The notes: generated by a model not told the origin, from the sequence alone. A DNA stretch of 64,000 nt from Bifidobacteriaceae bacterium (GCA_031278655.1 JAITJZ010000137.1:4310-68309); one strand, 5' to 3'; shown: positions 51,832 through 61,054, counted from the stretch's first letter. Made by a program: numbers and translations.

Positions 51832-51858
51832 CTCCACTTTACTCCACCAATGGCCACA
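51832..51858 (-). promoter_or_regulatory. Candidate MraZ operator: three direct GTGG(A/C) repeats with exact 10-bp phasing upstream of mraZ
   Basis: Gene strand reads GTGGCCATTG GTGGAGTAAA GTGGAGC (CCAC ends at 51837, 51847 and 51857 on the plus strand), 46-72 nt upstream of mraZ. In E. coli MraZ binds phased TGGGN direct repeats. Confidence 0.4.
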
Positions 51859-52094
51859 AACCGACCGTTTTGGGGGCGTTTTTCACAAAATGGACATGTG
51901 CTCCCAGGTCAAATAGTGGAGGAAAGTGGATGGCCCGGCCCGTCGCCTGGGCGGCCTGTGGCTGGAGTGGGAAAAGTGGGTGAAGTGATTGAAAATGTTG
52001 GCGCCGCGGCCACCAAGAACAGCCGCGCGGCGGACGCGGATCGATGGATCGAAGCTAAGTGGAGCGAACTGGAGCGAGGGGCCGGAGGCCCGGA

Positions 52095-52460
52095 TCAGAG
52101 CCCGTCGCGGTCCTCGAAGCGTTTCTGAAAACGATCAGACAGCCCCGGCTTGGGCGCCGCCTTGCCCTTGGGGGGCTTCGCCGCCGCCGGCGCGGCGCCG
52201 GCCTTGCGCGGCTTGGACAACGCGAAGTAAGCGCCCGCGAACATCAGCAAGAACCCGCCCAGCGAAACCCACTCCTGTTGAACGGCCACGCCCAGCACCA
52301 GCAAGGCCAAGCCCATGACGGCCCCGGCCGCCCCCAAGGCCACCCGGCTGCGGCGCGGAGCGGCGGCCGCCGCCATGCGCGAGCCGAGCTTTGGATCCTC
52401 CGAAGCGAGCTGCGCCTCGAGTTGGTCCAAAACGCGTTGCTCGTACTCAGACAATGGCAT
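52095..52460 (-). CDS. DUF3040-family small membrane protein
   Basis: MPLSEYEQRVLDQLEAQLASEDPKL followed by two hydrophobic segments, the typical actinobacterial gene upstream of mraZ. ATG at 52460 follows GGAGG. Confidence 0.7.
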   Translation of the reverse strand: MPLSEYEQRVLDQLEAQLASEDPKLGSRMAAAAAPRRSRVALGAAGAVMGLALLVLGVAVQQEWVSLGGFLLMFAGAYFALSKPRKAGAAPAAAKPPKGKAAPKPGLSDRFQKRFEDRDGL

Positions 52461-52489
52461 GGCGGTCACCTCCCCCAGTCGCTAGTTGG

Positions 52490-53692
52490 TTAAAGCATAC
52501 TTTCACCGGCGGGGCCCCGCAGCCGTGTTCGCCACGAAATTAACGTGCCCGCCGTCAGGGACCCGTCGCCGAAGCGGCGGCGCACCTGATCTGCCACCCG
52601 ATCGACGCCCGCGTCCTCGCCCGGCGCCTGGTCGAAGGTCGGCTGCAGCGGCTGGCCAGACCGCTTGACCAAGCCCTCCAAACGCACCCCGACCAAGCGC
52701 GCCCGCCGCCCCGCCAGCTGCAGCTCGCCCGCAAGCTCCTGGGCCACGGCGTTGATGGCCTTGGTCTGATCGGTCGGCCCCGCCAGGCGGCGCGTCCGGG
52801 TGAAAGTCTTGAAATCGGCGGTCCGCAATTTGAGCGACACGGTCCAGCACAGCATTTCGGCCCGGCGCAGGCGGTGGGCGGCCTTGTCCGCCATGCGCAG
52901 AATCTCGCGGCGCAGGTCCTCGCCCCAGGGCAGATCGGCGGCGAAGGTCTCCTCGGCGCCAATCGATTTCTCGGCCCGGTCCGGGACCACCGGCGCCTCG
53001 TCCTGACCGCGCGCCAGCGCCAACAGATGCTCGCCCGCGGCCTGGCCGATCGCCCGAATGATGGCCGCGTCCGGCGAATCGGCCAGGTCGCCGATGCTGA
53101 CCACGCCCAGCTCGGCCAATGTGGCGGCGGTCTTGGGGCCGAGCCCCGAGAGCGCGGACACCGCCAAGGGCCGCAAGAAAGCCACCGTGTCCTGGTCCGG
53201 GACTTCCACCAAGCCGTTGGGTTTGGCCTGCTCAGAGGCGATCTTGGCGACGGACTTGGAGCGGCCGAGCCCAACCGAGCAAGTGATCGAGAAGCGTTCG
53301 CGGACGCTCTGGCGAATCGCCTCGCCGATCTGGCGGGCCGGCCCGAGCCGCGCCAGCGCCCCGGTCAGGTCGAGGAAAGCCTCATCGATCGAGACCTGTT
53401 CGATCACCGGCGTCACATCCGCCAACATGGCCATGACCCCGGCCGAAACCCGCGCGTAGGCTTCGCGGTGCGGCTCGATCACCACCGCCGAGGGACACAG
53501 CCGCCGCGCCTGGGCGGTCGGCATGGCGGCGTGGACGCCGAAGGCGCGGGCCTCGTAGGTGGCCGCCACCACCACCCCGCGCCCATGGGTCGGCGCCACG
53601 ATCACCGGGCGGCCGCGCAACCGCGGGCGGGAGACCAATTCGACCGAGGCGTAGAAGGCGTCCATGTCGACATGCATGATGCTGCGCCCCAC
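52490..53692 (-). CDS. dinB: DNA polymerase IV (Y-family)
   Basis: IMHVDMDAFYASVE, ISIDEAFLD-like SIDEAFLDLTG, and a little-finger domain. Start is the GTG at 53692 or the ATG at 53677. Confidence 0.9.
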   Translation of the reverse strand: MGRSIMHVDMDAFYASVELVSRPRLRGRPVIVAPTHGRGVVVAATYEARAFGVHAAMPTAQARRLCPSAVVIEPHREAYARVSAGVMAMLADVTPVIEQVSIDEAFLDLTGALARLGPARQIGEAIRQSVRERFSITCSVGLGRSKSVAKIASEQAKPNGLVEVPDQDTVAFLRPLAVSALSGLGPKTAATLAELGVVSIGDLADSPDAAIIRAIGQAAGEHLLALARGQDEAPVVPDRAEKSIGAEETFAADLPWGEDLRREILRMADKAAHRLRRAEMLCWTVSLKLRTADFKTFTRTRRLAGPTDQTKAINAVAQELAGELQLAGRRARLVGVRLEGLVKRSGQPLQPTFDQAPGEDAGVDRVADQVRRRFGDGSLTAGTLISWRTRLRGPAGESML

Positions 53693-53701
53693 ACCGCCAT
53701 T

Positions 53702-54481
53702 ATGGACGATGTGATCTCAACTGAGCCCTTCCCGATCGACACCGGCCACGCCCGCTTCGCCGTCGACGGCGATTCGGTCACCCTCCACGTCAACGGCCTG
53801 CCCTCGTCGCAGTGGTTCTGGTCCCGCCCGGACCTGCTCGAATTCGAGTACATGAACTGGATGATGACCGCCGTGGCGGTGGTCTTCCCGGCCTCGGCGC
53901 GGCTGCGCTGCCTCCACCTGGGGGCCGGCGCCTGCTCCCTGGCGCGCGCCATCGTCCACGGTTGGCCGCGCTCGCGCCATCTGGCCGTCGAGGTGGACGC
54001 CAAGTTGGCGGCCGCCGTCCGGGCCCAGGTCCCGTTGCCACGGTCGCCGGTTTTGCGGATCAGGGTGGCCGATGCCGTCGAGGTGCTTCAGGCCCGCCCG
54101 CCGGGTGGGCACGATCTGGCGATCAGGGACGTGTTCGACGCCGCCGGGCGCACACCTGACGGTTTGACCGGGCCCCAGGCCGCCGCCTGGGCCGCCTCCG
54201 CCCTCGGCGAGCGCGGCCTCTACCTGGCCAACTGCGGCGATCAGCCCCGCCTGCCCGCCGCCAGGCGGGAGGTCAGGGACTTGGCTGAGGCGTTCCCCTA
54301 TGTCGCGGTCATAGCCGAGGCCGGCCAATGGCGTGGACGGCGGCGCGGCAACGCCGTGCTGGTGGCCGCGGGCTCGCAGCTGTCCGCCGGCCAGGAACGC
54401 GAACTGGCGCGGCGCCTGGCCGGCGCCGGGTTCCCGGCGCGCCTGCTGCCCAACGCCGAAGCGCGGGCCTGGGCCGCCTGA
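53702..54481 (+). CDS. Spermidine-synthase-like class I methyltransferase-fold protein
   Basis: HVNGLPSSQ...LEFEYMNWM...CLHLGAGACSLARA...AVEVDAKL...DLAIRDVFD matches the actinobacterial spermine/spermidine synthase-like pattern. The track ORF from 52874 is antisense run-through of dinB. Confidence 0.6.
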   Translation: MDDVISTEPFPIDTGHARFAVDGDSVTLHVNGLPSSQWFWSRPDLLEFEYMNWMMTAVAVVFPASARLRCLHLGAGACSLARAIVHGWPRSRHLAVEVDAKLAAAVRAQVPLPRSPVLRIRVADAVEVLQARPPGGHDLAIRDVFDAAGRTPDGLTGPQAAAWAASALGERGLYLANCGDQPRLPAARREVRDLAEAFPYVAVIAEAGQWRGRRRGNAVLVAAGSQLSAGQERELARRLAGAGFPARLLPNAEARAWAA

Positions 54482-54504
54482 GAGCCTGCCGCCGGGCAGC
54501 ACTA

Positions 54505-54544
54505 AGCGCCGGTCCCAGAATCAATCATGAAACTGGGACCGGCG
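54505..54544. terminator. Bidirectional intrinsic-terminator-like hairpin between convergent genes
   Basis: GCGCCGGTCCCAG-N14-CTGGGACCGGCGC is a perfect 13-bp stem, located between the stop at 54481 and the csp stop at 54565. Confidence 0.7.
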
Positions 54545-54564
54545 CCCGACGTTAGCCGGTGAGG

Positions 54565-54768
54565 CTAAAGAGGCCTGACGTTGGCCGCTTGCGGACCTTT
54601 GGGCGAGTCGACGATCTCGAACTCGACCTGCTGGTCCTTTTCCAAGGTCTTGAAGCCTTCGGTCTCGATCGCTGAATAATGAACAAACAGGTCTCGGCCA
54701 CCGCCGTCTGGGGCGATGAAACCGTAACCTTTTTCAGGAGTGAAAAACTTCACTACTCCTGTAGCCAT
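54565..54768 (-). CDS. cspA: Cold-shock protein (CspA family)
   Basis: 67 aa: [34 protein letters not shown], carrying the RNP1 and RNP2 motifs. The longer track ORF is 5' leader run-through. Confidence 0.95.
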   Translation of the reverse strand: MATGVVKFFTPEKGYGFIAPDGGGRDLFVHYSAIETEGFKTLEKDQQVEFEIVDSPKGPQAANVRPL

Positions 54769-54911
54769 AAATGCTGTTCCTTCCGGGGACAAGGGCCCAG
54801 CCGGTTGCTGGGCCACAAAATACTGCTGATCCATGAGGCCAGCGAAGTCTCCCAGAAGGCACTTGCTCGGTCTCGCAAACCGCCGCAGCCACGATTGTGA
54901 CACGAGAAGGC

Positions 54912-55835
54912 TCAATCGGTAAAGGGGCCAGCCCGATCATCGTCACCTTGAGAAGCCAAAAACTGCTCAAATTGGGCGGCCAATTCGTCCCCGGTGGGCA
55001 ACGCCTGGGCCGGCAACTCGCCGCCCACGGCGCCCGTCTGACGGTCCCACTCCTCCTCCAGCTTGTGAATCGCCTCGGCCAGTTCGGGCTGTTCGACCAG
55101 TTGCCGCTCAATCTGTTGCAACTGATTGCTCGCGCCCGCCTCCAACCGGCTGAGGTCGAAGTTCAGGCCGGTGGCGGCGCCGATCTCCTTCATCAGCTTG
55201 GCGGTGGCGATAGGCGAAGGCATCTGCGTCAAATAGTGCGGCACCTGGACCGTGAAGGTCTGCGCCTCGCGGCCGACCTCGCGCAGCTTGAACTCGGTCA
55301 GCGCCATGGCGCTGCCCGGCATTTGCAGTGTCGCGCCGGACCGGCCGGCCAATTGCTCAATCAGCTCAGAGGCGTTGCCCGGGCCGGTCACGCGCCAGTC
55401 GCGGGTGTGCGGCGCCCCTGACGGCATCCCGTGCAGGCCGATCGCCAAGCGCACGTCGAAGGTCTCCACGACCTCGATGACCGCGTCCGTGAAAGCCTCC
55501 CAGCGCGAGTCCGGCTCGGGGCCGTACATGAGCAGAAAAGGCGACCCGTCGGCATCGTGCACCAAATCGATGCCCAACTGCGGCTGGTGATAGCCGGCCC
55601 AACCTTCCGCCGAAAACGACATCGGCGGGCGGCGCGAGCGGTAGTCGATCAACTCGTCGGTCTTGAACGTGACCACACGCTCCGCGTCCGCCCGGCTGAC
55701 CAGGTCGCCGATCGCCAGACCGGCGGCGATGCCCGAATCGACAAACCCGTCGAAGGCGTACAGCAGCACCGGCGAAACGCCAGCCTGATCCAGCTTGGCG
55801 GCCGCGTCGGCGTTGATTGTGTAAAGTCGCTCCAT
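54912..55835 (-). CDS. PAC2-family (proteasome-assembly-chaperone-2-like) protein
   Basis: [38 protein letters not shown] and [15 protein letters not shown] match the actinobacterial PAC2 pattern from memory. Start is the ATG at 55835 (after GGGGGAGA) or at 55847. Confidence 0.6.
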   Translation of the reverse strand: MERLYTINADAAAKLDQAGVSPVLLYAFDGFVDSGIAAGLAIGDLVSRADAERVVTFKTDELIDYRSRRPPMSFSAEGWAGYHQPQLGIDLVHDADGSPFLLMYGPEPDSRWEAFTDAVIEVVETFDVRLAIGLHGMPSGAPHTRDWRVTGPGNASELIEQLAGRSGATLQMPGSAMALTEFKLREVGREAQTFTVQVPHYLTQMPSPIATAKLMKEIGAATGLNFDLSRLEAGASNQLQQIERQLVEQPELAEAIHKLEEEWDRQTGAVGGELPAQALPTGDELAAQFEQFLASQGDDDRAGPFTD

Positions 55836-55963
55836 AGTCTCCCCCATCTTTCCTGGTGTTCCGCCCTTGACAACACGTCAGCGGGCGGCTCTATTCCCGG
55901 CCGGCGGCGCGACCCGCGCAGTAAGATGGATGGCCTTGTTTTCTTGCTGGAGGGACCACAGCC

Positions 55964-58219
55964 TTGACCGGTGACCGTTCTCCGATCGCTTCTCCGATCG
56001 CTGGCGAGCAGCGCCACCTGGACCGCCTCTACCAACGCCTCGACGCCCTGCGCGCCCAGGCCAGCCAGCGGCTGGCGGCGGTCAAGACCTCGCGGGCGGG
56101 CGGCTCGCCGCAGAACCGCTCCGAGCGGGACGCCTTCGCCACCCTCCACGCCGATCGCCTGGCGCAATTGGAGTCGGTCGAGGACCGGCTTGTCTTCGGG
56201 GCGCTGACCATGGAAGACGCCGAGGTCAGGCACATTGGGCGGATCGGGCTGCAGGACGAGGACCTGCGGCCGCTGCTGACCGACTGGCGGGCGCCGGCGG
56301 CCGAGCCGTTCTACCAGGCCACGCCCAATCACCGGCTGGGGGTGGCGCGCCGGCGCCACATCACGACCGCCGGGCGGCGGGTGACGGCCGTCGAGGACGA
56401 GCTGTTGGACCTGGAGGCGGCCTCGGGCGTGTCTGACGCCCAAGCCGTCGAGCTGGCCGGGGAGGGCGCCCTGATGGCGGCGCTGGCGGCGGGGCGGACC
56501 GGCCGCATGAACGACATCGTCGCCACCATCCAGGCCGAGCAGGACCGCATCATCCGTTCCGAGTTGGCCGGCGCGCTGGTGGTCCAGGGCGGGCCCGGCA
56601 CCGGCAAGACCGCCGTCGCCCTGCACCGGGCCGCCTATCTGCTCTACACCCACCGCGAACGCCTGGAGGCCTCCGGGGTGTTGATCCTGGGGCCGTCGCG
56701 GATTTTCCTGCGCTACATAGACCGGGTGCTGCCGTCGCTCGGCGAGACGGGCGTTGTCGCCACCACGATGGCGGAGTTGGTGCCGGGATTCGTCGGGGCG
56801 GCGGCCGACCGGCCGGAGGTGGCCGCCATCAAGGGACGGCCAGCCATGGCCGATGCCGTCCGGCGGGCCGTCTTGGAACGCCAGCGCCTGCCGCGCCGCG
56901 ACATCGCCCTGCCGGTCCTGGGGCACGACCTGGTTCTGCGGCGGGCGGACGTGGCCGACGCCCGCAAGCTGGCGCGGGCCTCGTCCAAGCCCTACAACCT
57001 GGCCCGCAGGGTTTTCGCACGCGAGTTGCTGAGCCGCCTGGCCCGCCAGTTCGCCGAGCAATCCGGCGGCGACCTGCGCGGCGGGGACCTCGATGAGGTC
57101 GCCGCCGATCTGCGTTCCGCCCGCGACGTGCGCACAGCCATCAACCTTTGCTGGATGCCGATGACCCCGACCCGCCTGGTCGAAGACCTCTACGCCAAGC
57201 CGTACCTGCTGGAGTATTGCGCCCCGCAGTTGACCCCGGCCGAGCGGGAGGCGCTGTTCCGGCCCGCCGGGTCGCCCTGGACGGTGTCAGATGTGCCCCT
57301 GATCGATGAGGCCGCCGAGTTGCTGGGCGAAGACGACACCGCCGCCCAGGCCGAACGCCGTCACGCCGCCCTCCAGCAGCGCCAGGACGTCGAGTACGCC
57401 TCGATGGTCTTGGCCGGCCAGGGCGGCTCCGGCATGGTCTCCCCGGAGCAGCTGGCCGAGCGCTTCGCCGCCTCCGGGCCGTCGTTGACCGTGGCCGAGC
57501 GGGCCGGGGCGGATCGGTCCTGGACCTACGGTCACATCGTCATAGACGAGGCCCAGGAGTTGACGCCGATGGATTGGCGGACGCTGCTGCGGCGCTGCCC
57601 AACCCGGTCGCTGACGATTGTTGGCGACGCCGGCCAAACCCGCGCGCCCGGCGCCACCGGCGCTTGGGACACGTCGCTCGACCCGGCGCTGGGCGCCGGC
57701 AACTGGCGCCTGGAGGAACTGACAGTCAATTACCGCACGCCGGCCGCCGTCGTGGCCGCGGCGCAGACTCTGGCCCGCGCCGCCGGCCTGCCGGTGGGCA
57801 ACGACGTCGCCGCCCGCGATGTCCGGGGCGCGCTGATGGACTGCCCGGTCGCCGACCCGGTGGGCGAGGCTGTGGCCTTGGCCCGCGCCCGGCTGCCGCG
57901 CGGCCAGACCGGGCGCGTCGCCATCATCGCCAGCGGCGCCGACCTGGAGTCGGTGCGGGCGGCGGTCGCGGGCGGCGATCTGGCGTCCAAGGTGGCTGGC
58001 GATTCGGAGAACCCCTTGGATTTCCCGCTGGCCGTGCTCGACGCCGCCGGCGTCAAGGGCCTGGAGTTCGACGAGGTCATCATCGTCGACCCGGACGCGG
58101 TGGCCGCCAGCGCCGGGACCGCCACCGAGTTCGACCGCCGCACCGGCGCCGCCGACCTCTACGTCGCCATGACGCGCCCGACCCGCCGCCTTTGGCTGCT
58201 GCGGCCCGAGCAGGTGTGA
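55964..58219 (+). CDS. helD: HelD-like UvrD-family helicase (RNA-polymerase-associated ATPase)
   Basis: N-terminal coiled-coil, then VFGALTMEDAEVRHIGRIGL...DWRAPAAEPFY. Walker A is VVQGGPGTGKTAVALHRAAYL. IVIDEAQELT and GLEFDEVIIVD are also present. Confidence 0.8.
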   Translation: MTGDRSPIASPIAGEQRHLDRLYQRLDALRAQASQRLAAVKTSRAGGSPQNRSERDAFATLHADRLAQLESVEDRLVFGALTMEDAEVRHIGRIGLQDEDLRPLLTDWRAPAAEPFYQATPNHRLGVARRRHITTAGRRVTAVEDELLDLEAASGVSDAQAVELAGEGALMAALAAGRTGRMNDIVATIQAEQDRIIRSELAGALVVQGGPGTGKTAVALHRAAYLLYTHRERLEASGVLILGPSRIFLRYIDRVLPSLGETGVVATTMAELVPGFVGAAADRPEVAAIKGRPAMADAVRRAVLERQRLPRRDIALPVLGHDLVLRRADVADARKLARASSKPYNLARRVFARELLSRLARQFAEQSGGDLRGGDLDEVAADLRSARDVRTAINLCWMPMTPTRLVEDLYAKPYLLEYCAPQLTPAEREALFRPAGSPWTVSDVPLIDEAAELLGEDDTAAQAERRHAALQQRQDVEYASMVLAGQGGSGMVSPEQLAERFAASGPSLTVAERAGADRSWTYGHIVIDEAQELTPMDWRTLLRRCPTRSLTIVGDAGQTRAPGATGAWDTSLDPALGAGNWRLEELTVNYRTPAAVVAAAQTLARAAGLPVGNDVAARDVRGALMDCPVADPVGEAVALARARLPRGQTGRVAIIASGADLESVRAAVAGGDLASKVAGDSENPLDFPLAVLDAAGVKGLEFDEVIIVDPDAVAASAGTATEFDRRTGAADLYVAMTRPTRRLWLLRPEQV

Positions 58220-58232
58220 TCTACTGAAACCC

Positions 58233-59282
58233 ATGAGGGTGACGGTGGCGGTGGGGCAGTTGGCCCCTTCTCAGGACGCCGGCGCCAATTGGGCGGCGGC
58301 CTCGGGGCTGATCGAGCGGGCGGCGGGCGGCGGCGCCCGGCTCTTGATCCTGCCGGAGCAGACCATGTTGGCGCAGCGGGCCGGGGACCCGGCTCGGTTC
58401 GCCGCGTTGGCGGGTGACGCTTGGTCGTGGTGGCCGCAGGCCTTGTCCGATGCCGCGCGCGACTTTGGTCTGGCCGTGGTGGCCGGCGGTTTCGCCCCCT
58501 TTGGGCGCCTTGGGGCCTGTGCTCCGGCCGGGGCCTGTGTTCCGGCCAGGGCCAGTGTTCCGGCCGGGGCCGGTGTTCCGGCCGGGGCCGGCGTTCCGGC
58601 CGGGGCCGGTGTTCCGGCCGGGGCCAGTGTTCCGGCCGGGGCCTGTGTTCCGGCCGGGGCCGGTGACGCCGACTGCGCCGGCGTGGACGCCCTGGGGGAT
58701 GGCGCGGGCGCCCGGGGCGGCGATGGCCCAGGGGATGAAGGCGTGGGCGCCGGGGCTGAGACAGCTGACATCCGGCCTTGGAATGTGCTGGTGGCGGTGG
58801 ACGCGGACGGGCGGGTGGCGGCCTGCCAGCCGAAGGCGCGGCTTTATGACGCCTTCGCCTACCGCGAGTCGGCCATGGTCCGCCCCGGCCCGCTGACGGG
58901 CGCCCGGCCGGTCGAATTGGCCGGCCTGAGGCTGGGGCTGGTCAACTGTTACGAACTGCGTTTCCCGGAGTTGGCGCGCCGCCTGGTCGCGGCCGGCGCC
59001 GAGGTTTTGGCGCTGAGCGCCGCCTGGGCGCGCGGGCCGCACAAGGAGGAGCAGTGGACTGCCTTGGCCAAGGCCCGGGCGATCGAGAACTGCGTCTACC
59101 TGCTGGCGGCGGGCGCCCGCGCCAAGGACACCATCGGCCGCTCGATGATCCTTGACCCCGACGGCGTTGTCCGCGCCGGACTTGGCCAAGAGCCGCAGGG
59201 CCTGGCCCTGGCCGAGGTCGACACCGCGCTGATCGCCGCGACTCGTCAGCGGGTGGGCTCCGCCCCGGCCCAAGACGGCTGA
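58233..59282 (+). CDS. Carbon-nitrogen hydrolase (nitrilase superfamily) protein with a repeat insertion
   Basis: The candidate catalytic triad is Glu in LLILPEQ, Lys in QPKARLYD and Cys in LVNCYELRFPE. A VPAGAx repeat of about 50 aa is inserted between the Glu and Lys regions. Confidence 0.8.
   Translation: MRVTVAVGQLAPSQDAGANWAAASGLIERAAGGGARLLILPEQTMLAQRAGDPARFAALAGDAWSWWPQALSDAARDFGLAVVAGGFAPFGRLGACAPAGACVPARASVPAGAGVPAGAGVPAGAGVPAGASVPAGACVPAGAGDADCAGVDALGDGAGARGGDGPGDEGVGAGAETADIRPWNVLVAVDADGRVAACQPKARLYDAFAYRESAMVRPGPLTGARPVELAGLRLGLVNCYELRFPELARRLVAAGAEVLALSAAWARGPHKEEQWTALAKARAIENCVYLLAAGARAKDTIGRSMILDPDGVVRAGLGQEPQGLALAEVDTALIAATRQRVGSAPAQDG
58512..58664. repeat. In-frame 18-bp tandem repeat (about 8.5 units, GGGGCCNGTGTTCCGGCC) inside the C-N hydrolase gene
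   Basis: Read directly. The encoded hexapeptides are ACAPAG ACVPAR ASVPAG AGVPAG x3 ASVPAG ACVPAG, so the variant order is mirror-symmetric (C,C,S,G,G,G,S,C). Confidence 0.95.
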
Positions 59283-59345
59283 TCACAGCGCCGAAAGCGC
59301 GACTCCAAACCGCCCTGAACTCTAAGGGCCGTCGGTGCGGGAACT

Positions 59346-59813
59346 CTAAGAGCCCTCGGGACGGGACAGGGCCGACTCGCGCAGGGCGGAGATCTCTGCC
59401 AAGAAGTCATCGATCGACTCGAACGAGCGGTAGACCGAGGCGAATCGCAGATAGGCGACCTCGTCCAGTTGGCGCAGCGGCCCCAGGACCGCCAAGCCGA
59501 CTTGGTGCGAGTCGACCTCGGCCGCCCCGGTGGACCGGATCTGGTCCTCGACCTGGTGAGCCAGGAGGGTCAATTGATCGTCGCTGACCGGACGGCCCTG
59601 GCAGGCCCGCCGGACTCCGCTGACCACCTTCTCCCGGTTGAACGGCTCAGACGTGCCACACCGCTTGACCACGCTCAGGGCCACGGTCTCGACCGTGGTG
59701 AAGCGGCGCGAGCAAGCCTGGCACTGGCGGCGACGACGGGTCGAAGTGCCGTCCTCGGCGGTGCGCGAGTCGATCACGCGCGAGTCATCATGGCGGCAGA
59801 ATGGGCAATGCAC
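59346..59813 (-). CDS. nrdR: Transcriptional repressor NrdR
   Basis: (V)[16 protein letters not shown]...[15 protein letters not shown] is a zinc ribbon, followed by an ATP-cone. Start is the GTG at 59813, and the track ORF is longer. Confidence 0.95.
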   Translation of the reverse strand: MHCPFCRHDDSRVIDSRTAEDGTSTRRRRQCQACSRRFTTVETVALSVVKRCGTSEPFNREKVVSGVRRACQGRPVSDDQLTLLAHQVEDQIRSTGAAEVDSHQVGLAVLGPLRQLDEVAYLRFASVYRSFESIDDFLAEISALRESALSRPEGS

Positions 59814-59905
59814 GTTCACCACTCTAACAACATGTTGTGGCCCAGTGCCAGGGCTCCACAACATCTTGGGTAGCGCGCGTTCTGACCCACTGGCCACCCC
59901 ACGCC

Positions 59906-60268
59906 TCATTCGCGCGGCACCTCCAAGACGTCGCCGACTTGCAACCGCGAGTCAGGCAGCTGATTGAGGCGCTGCAACTGGACCACAACCCCTTGGACGT
60001 CCTCGCCCGGGCCGGCGACCGCCTCCGCGATCGACCAGAGCGTGTCGCCGCTCTTGACCACCACCGCCTCGGTCGGGATGTAGCGTCCCTCGGCCGTGGC
60101 CGCGCCGGCCCGGAAGGCCGCCACCGCCAGGCCCACCACCGCCATCACCACCACCGTCCAACCCCGCCGCGTCAAACCGCGGGCGGTGCCGGCGCCGCCC
60201 GCGAATGGCTTGGCGGCCCGCGATCGGGCCGCCGCGCCCGGCCGCGAGGCGATCACTGCGACTGTCAT
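59906..60268 (-). CDS. LysM-domain protein (small, membrane-anchored)
   Basis: TM segment [16 protein letters not shown], then the LysM domain [15 protein letters not shown]...[10 protein letters not shown]. It occupies the canonical lexA-adjacent position. ATG at 60268 follows AAGGAAG. Confidence 0.75.
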   Translation of the reverse strand: MTVAVIASRPGAAARSRAAKPFAGGAGTARGLTRRGWTVVVMAVVGLAVAAFRAGAATAEGRYIPTEAVVVKSGDTLWSIAEAVAGPGEDVQGVVVQLQRLNQLPDSRLQVGDVLEVPRE

Positions 60269-60288
60269 GATTAAACTTCCTTTCATCG

Positions 60289-60304
60289 TAGTACACTTGT
60301 TCCA
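60289..60304. promoter_or_regulatory. Candidate LexA (SOS) box in the lexA / lysM-nrdR divergent region
   Basis: TAGTACACTTGTTCCA compared with the actinobacterial TCGAAC-N4-GTTCGA consensus. The core GTAC-N4-GTTC has one mismatch to GAAC-N4-GTTC. Confidence 0.45.
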
Positions 60305-60385
60305 TTCGGGATCGATATGGACTATGCTGATAGCCAACACCCAACCTCTGACACTGTTCCCACCAGCGGAAACGTAGGAGAAGAC

Positions 60386-61054
60386 ATGAATAAAGGCCGG
60401 AAATACCCCAAGACCACCCAACGTGGGCTGACCCCTCGCCAGCGGGCCATCCTCGATGTTGTCAAGGAGTCGTTGGATCGGCGCGGTTACGCGCCCTCGA
60501 TGCGGGAGATCGGGGCGGCCGTCAATCTGACCAGCCCGTCCAGCGTCAAGCACCAGCTAGAAGTCATCGAGGCCAAAGGTTATCTGCGCCGCGACCGGCG
60601 CATCCCCCGGGCCATGGAAGTCATAGACCCGAACGCGGACATGCCGCAGCTACTGCGCCCCGAGAGCCAAGGAGAGCCCAAGCCTCGCTACGTGCCGCTG
60701 GTCAGCCGGATCGCCGCCGGCAGTCCGATTCTGGCGGAACAGCAGGTCGAGGGGCTGTATCCGCTCCCCCGCGAGCTGGTCGGCGATGGCGAGGTCTTCA
60801 TGCTCCGGGTCCACGGCGACTCAATGACCGGCGCCGCCATCAACGATGGCGACCTGGTGGTGGTGCGCCGCCAGCCGAGCGCCGAGAACGGGCAGATCGT
60901 CGCCGTCCAAATCGGCGACGAGGCCACCGTCAAGACCCTGGACACATCGTCCAACCGCGTTTGGCTGCGGGCGGACAACCCCGCCCACGAGCCGATCGAG
61001 GGGCACAAGGCCCGCATCCTCGGCCGCGTCACCTGCGTCATCCGCACACTTTAG
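60386..61054 (+). CDS. lexA: SOS repressor LexA
   Basis: LTPRQRAILDVVKESLDRRGYAPSMREIG is the wHTH. The cleavage and peptidase region has VSRIAAGSPI and MLRVHGDSMTGAAINDGDLVVV. I prefer the ATG at 60386, after AGGAGAAGAC. The track start is 60317. Confidence 0.95.
   Translation: MNKGRKYPKTTQRGLTPRQRAILDVVKESLDRRGYAPSMREIGAAVNLTSPSSVKHQLEVIEAKGYLRRDRRIPRAMEVIDPNADMPQLLRPESQGEPKPRYVPLVSRIAAGSPILAEQQVEGLYPLPRELVGDGEVFMLRVHGDSMTGAAINDGDLVVVRRQPSAENGQIVAVQIGDEATVKTLDTSSNRVWLRADNPAHEPIEGHKARILGRVTCVIRTL

Noticed and set aside
53693-53701. Regulatory site in the 9-bp gap between divergent dinB and the methyltransferase-fold gene
   Set aside because: The gap is too short to host promoters, and start-codon uncertainty (dinB ATG at 53677 as the alternative) probably explains it. 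No SOS-box-like sequence is visible nearby.
59316-59353. Direct repeat GAACTCTAAG[G/A]GCC (two copies 24 nt apart) at the nrdR 3' end
   Set aside because: It is short (13-14 bp) with only two copies, and one copy includes the nrdR stop codon. It is most simply a small duplication with no evident function.
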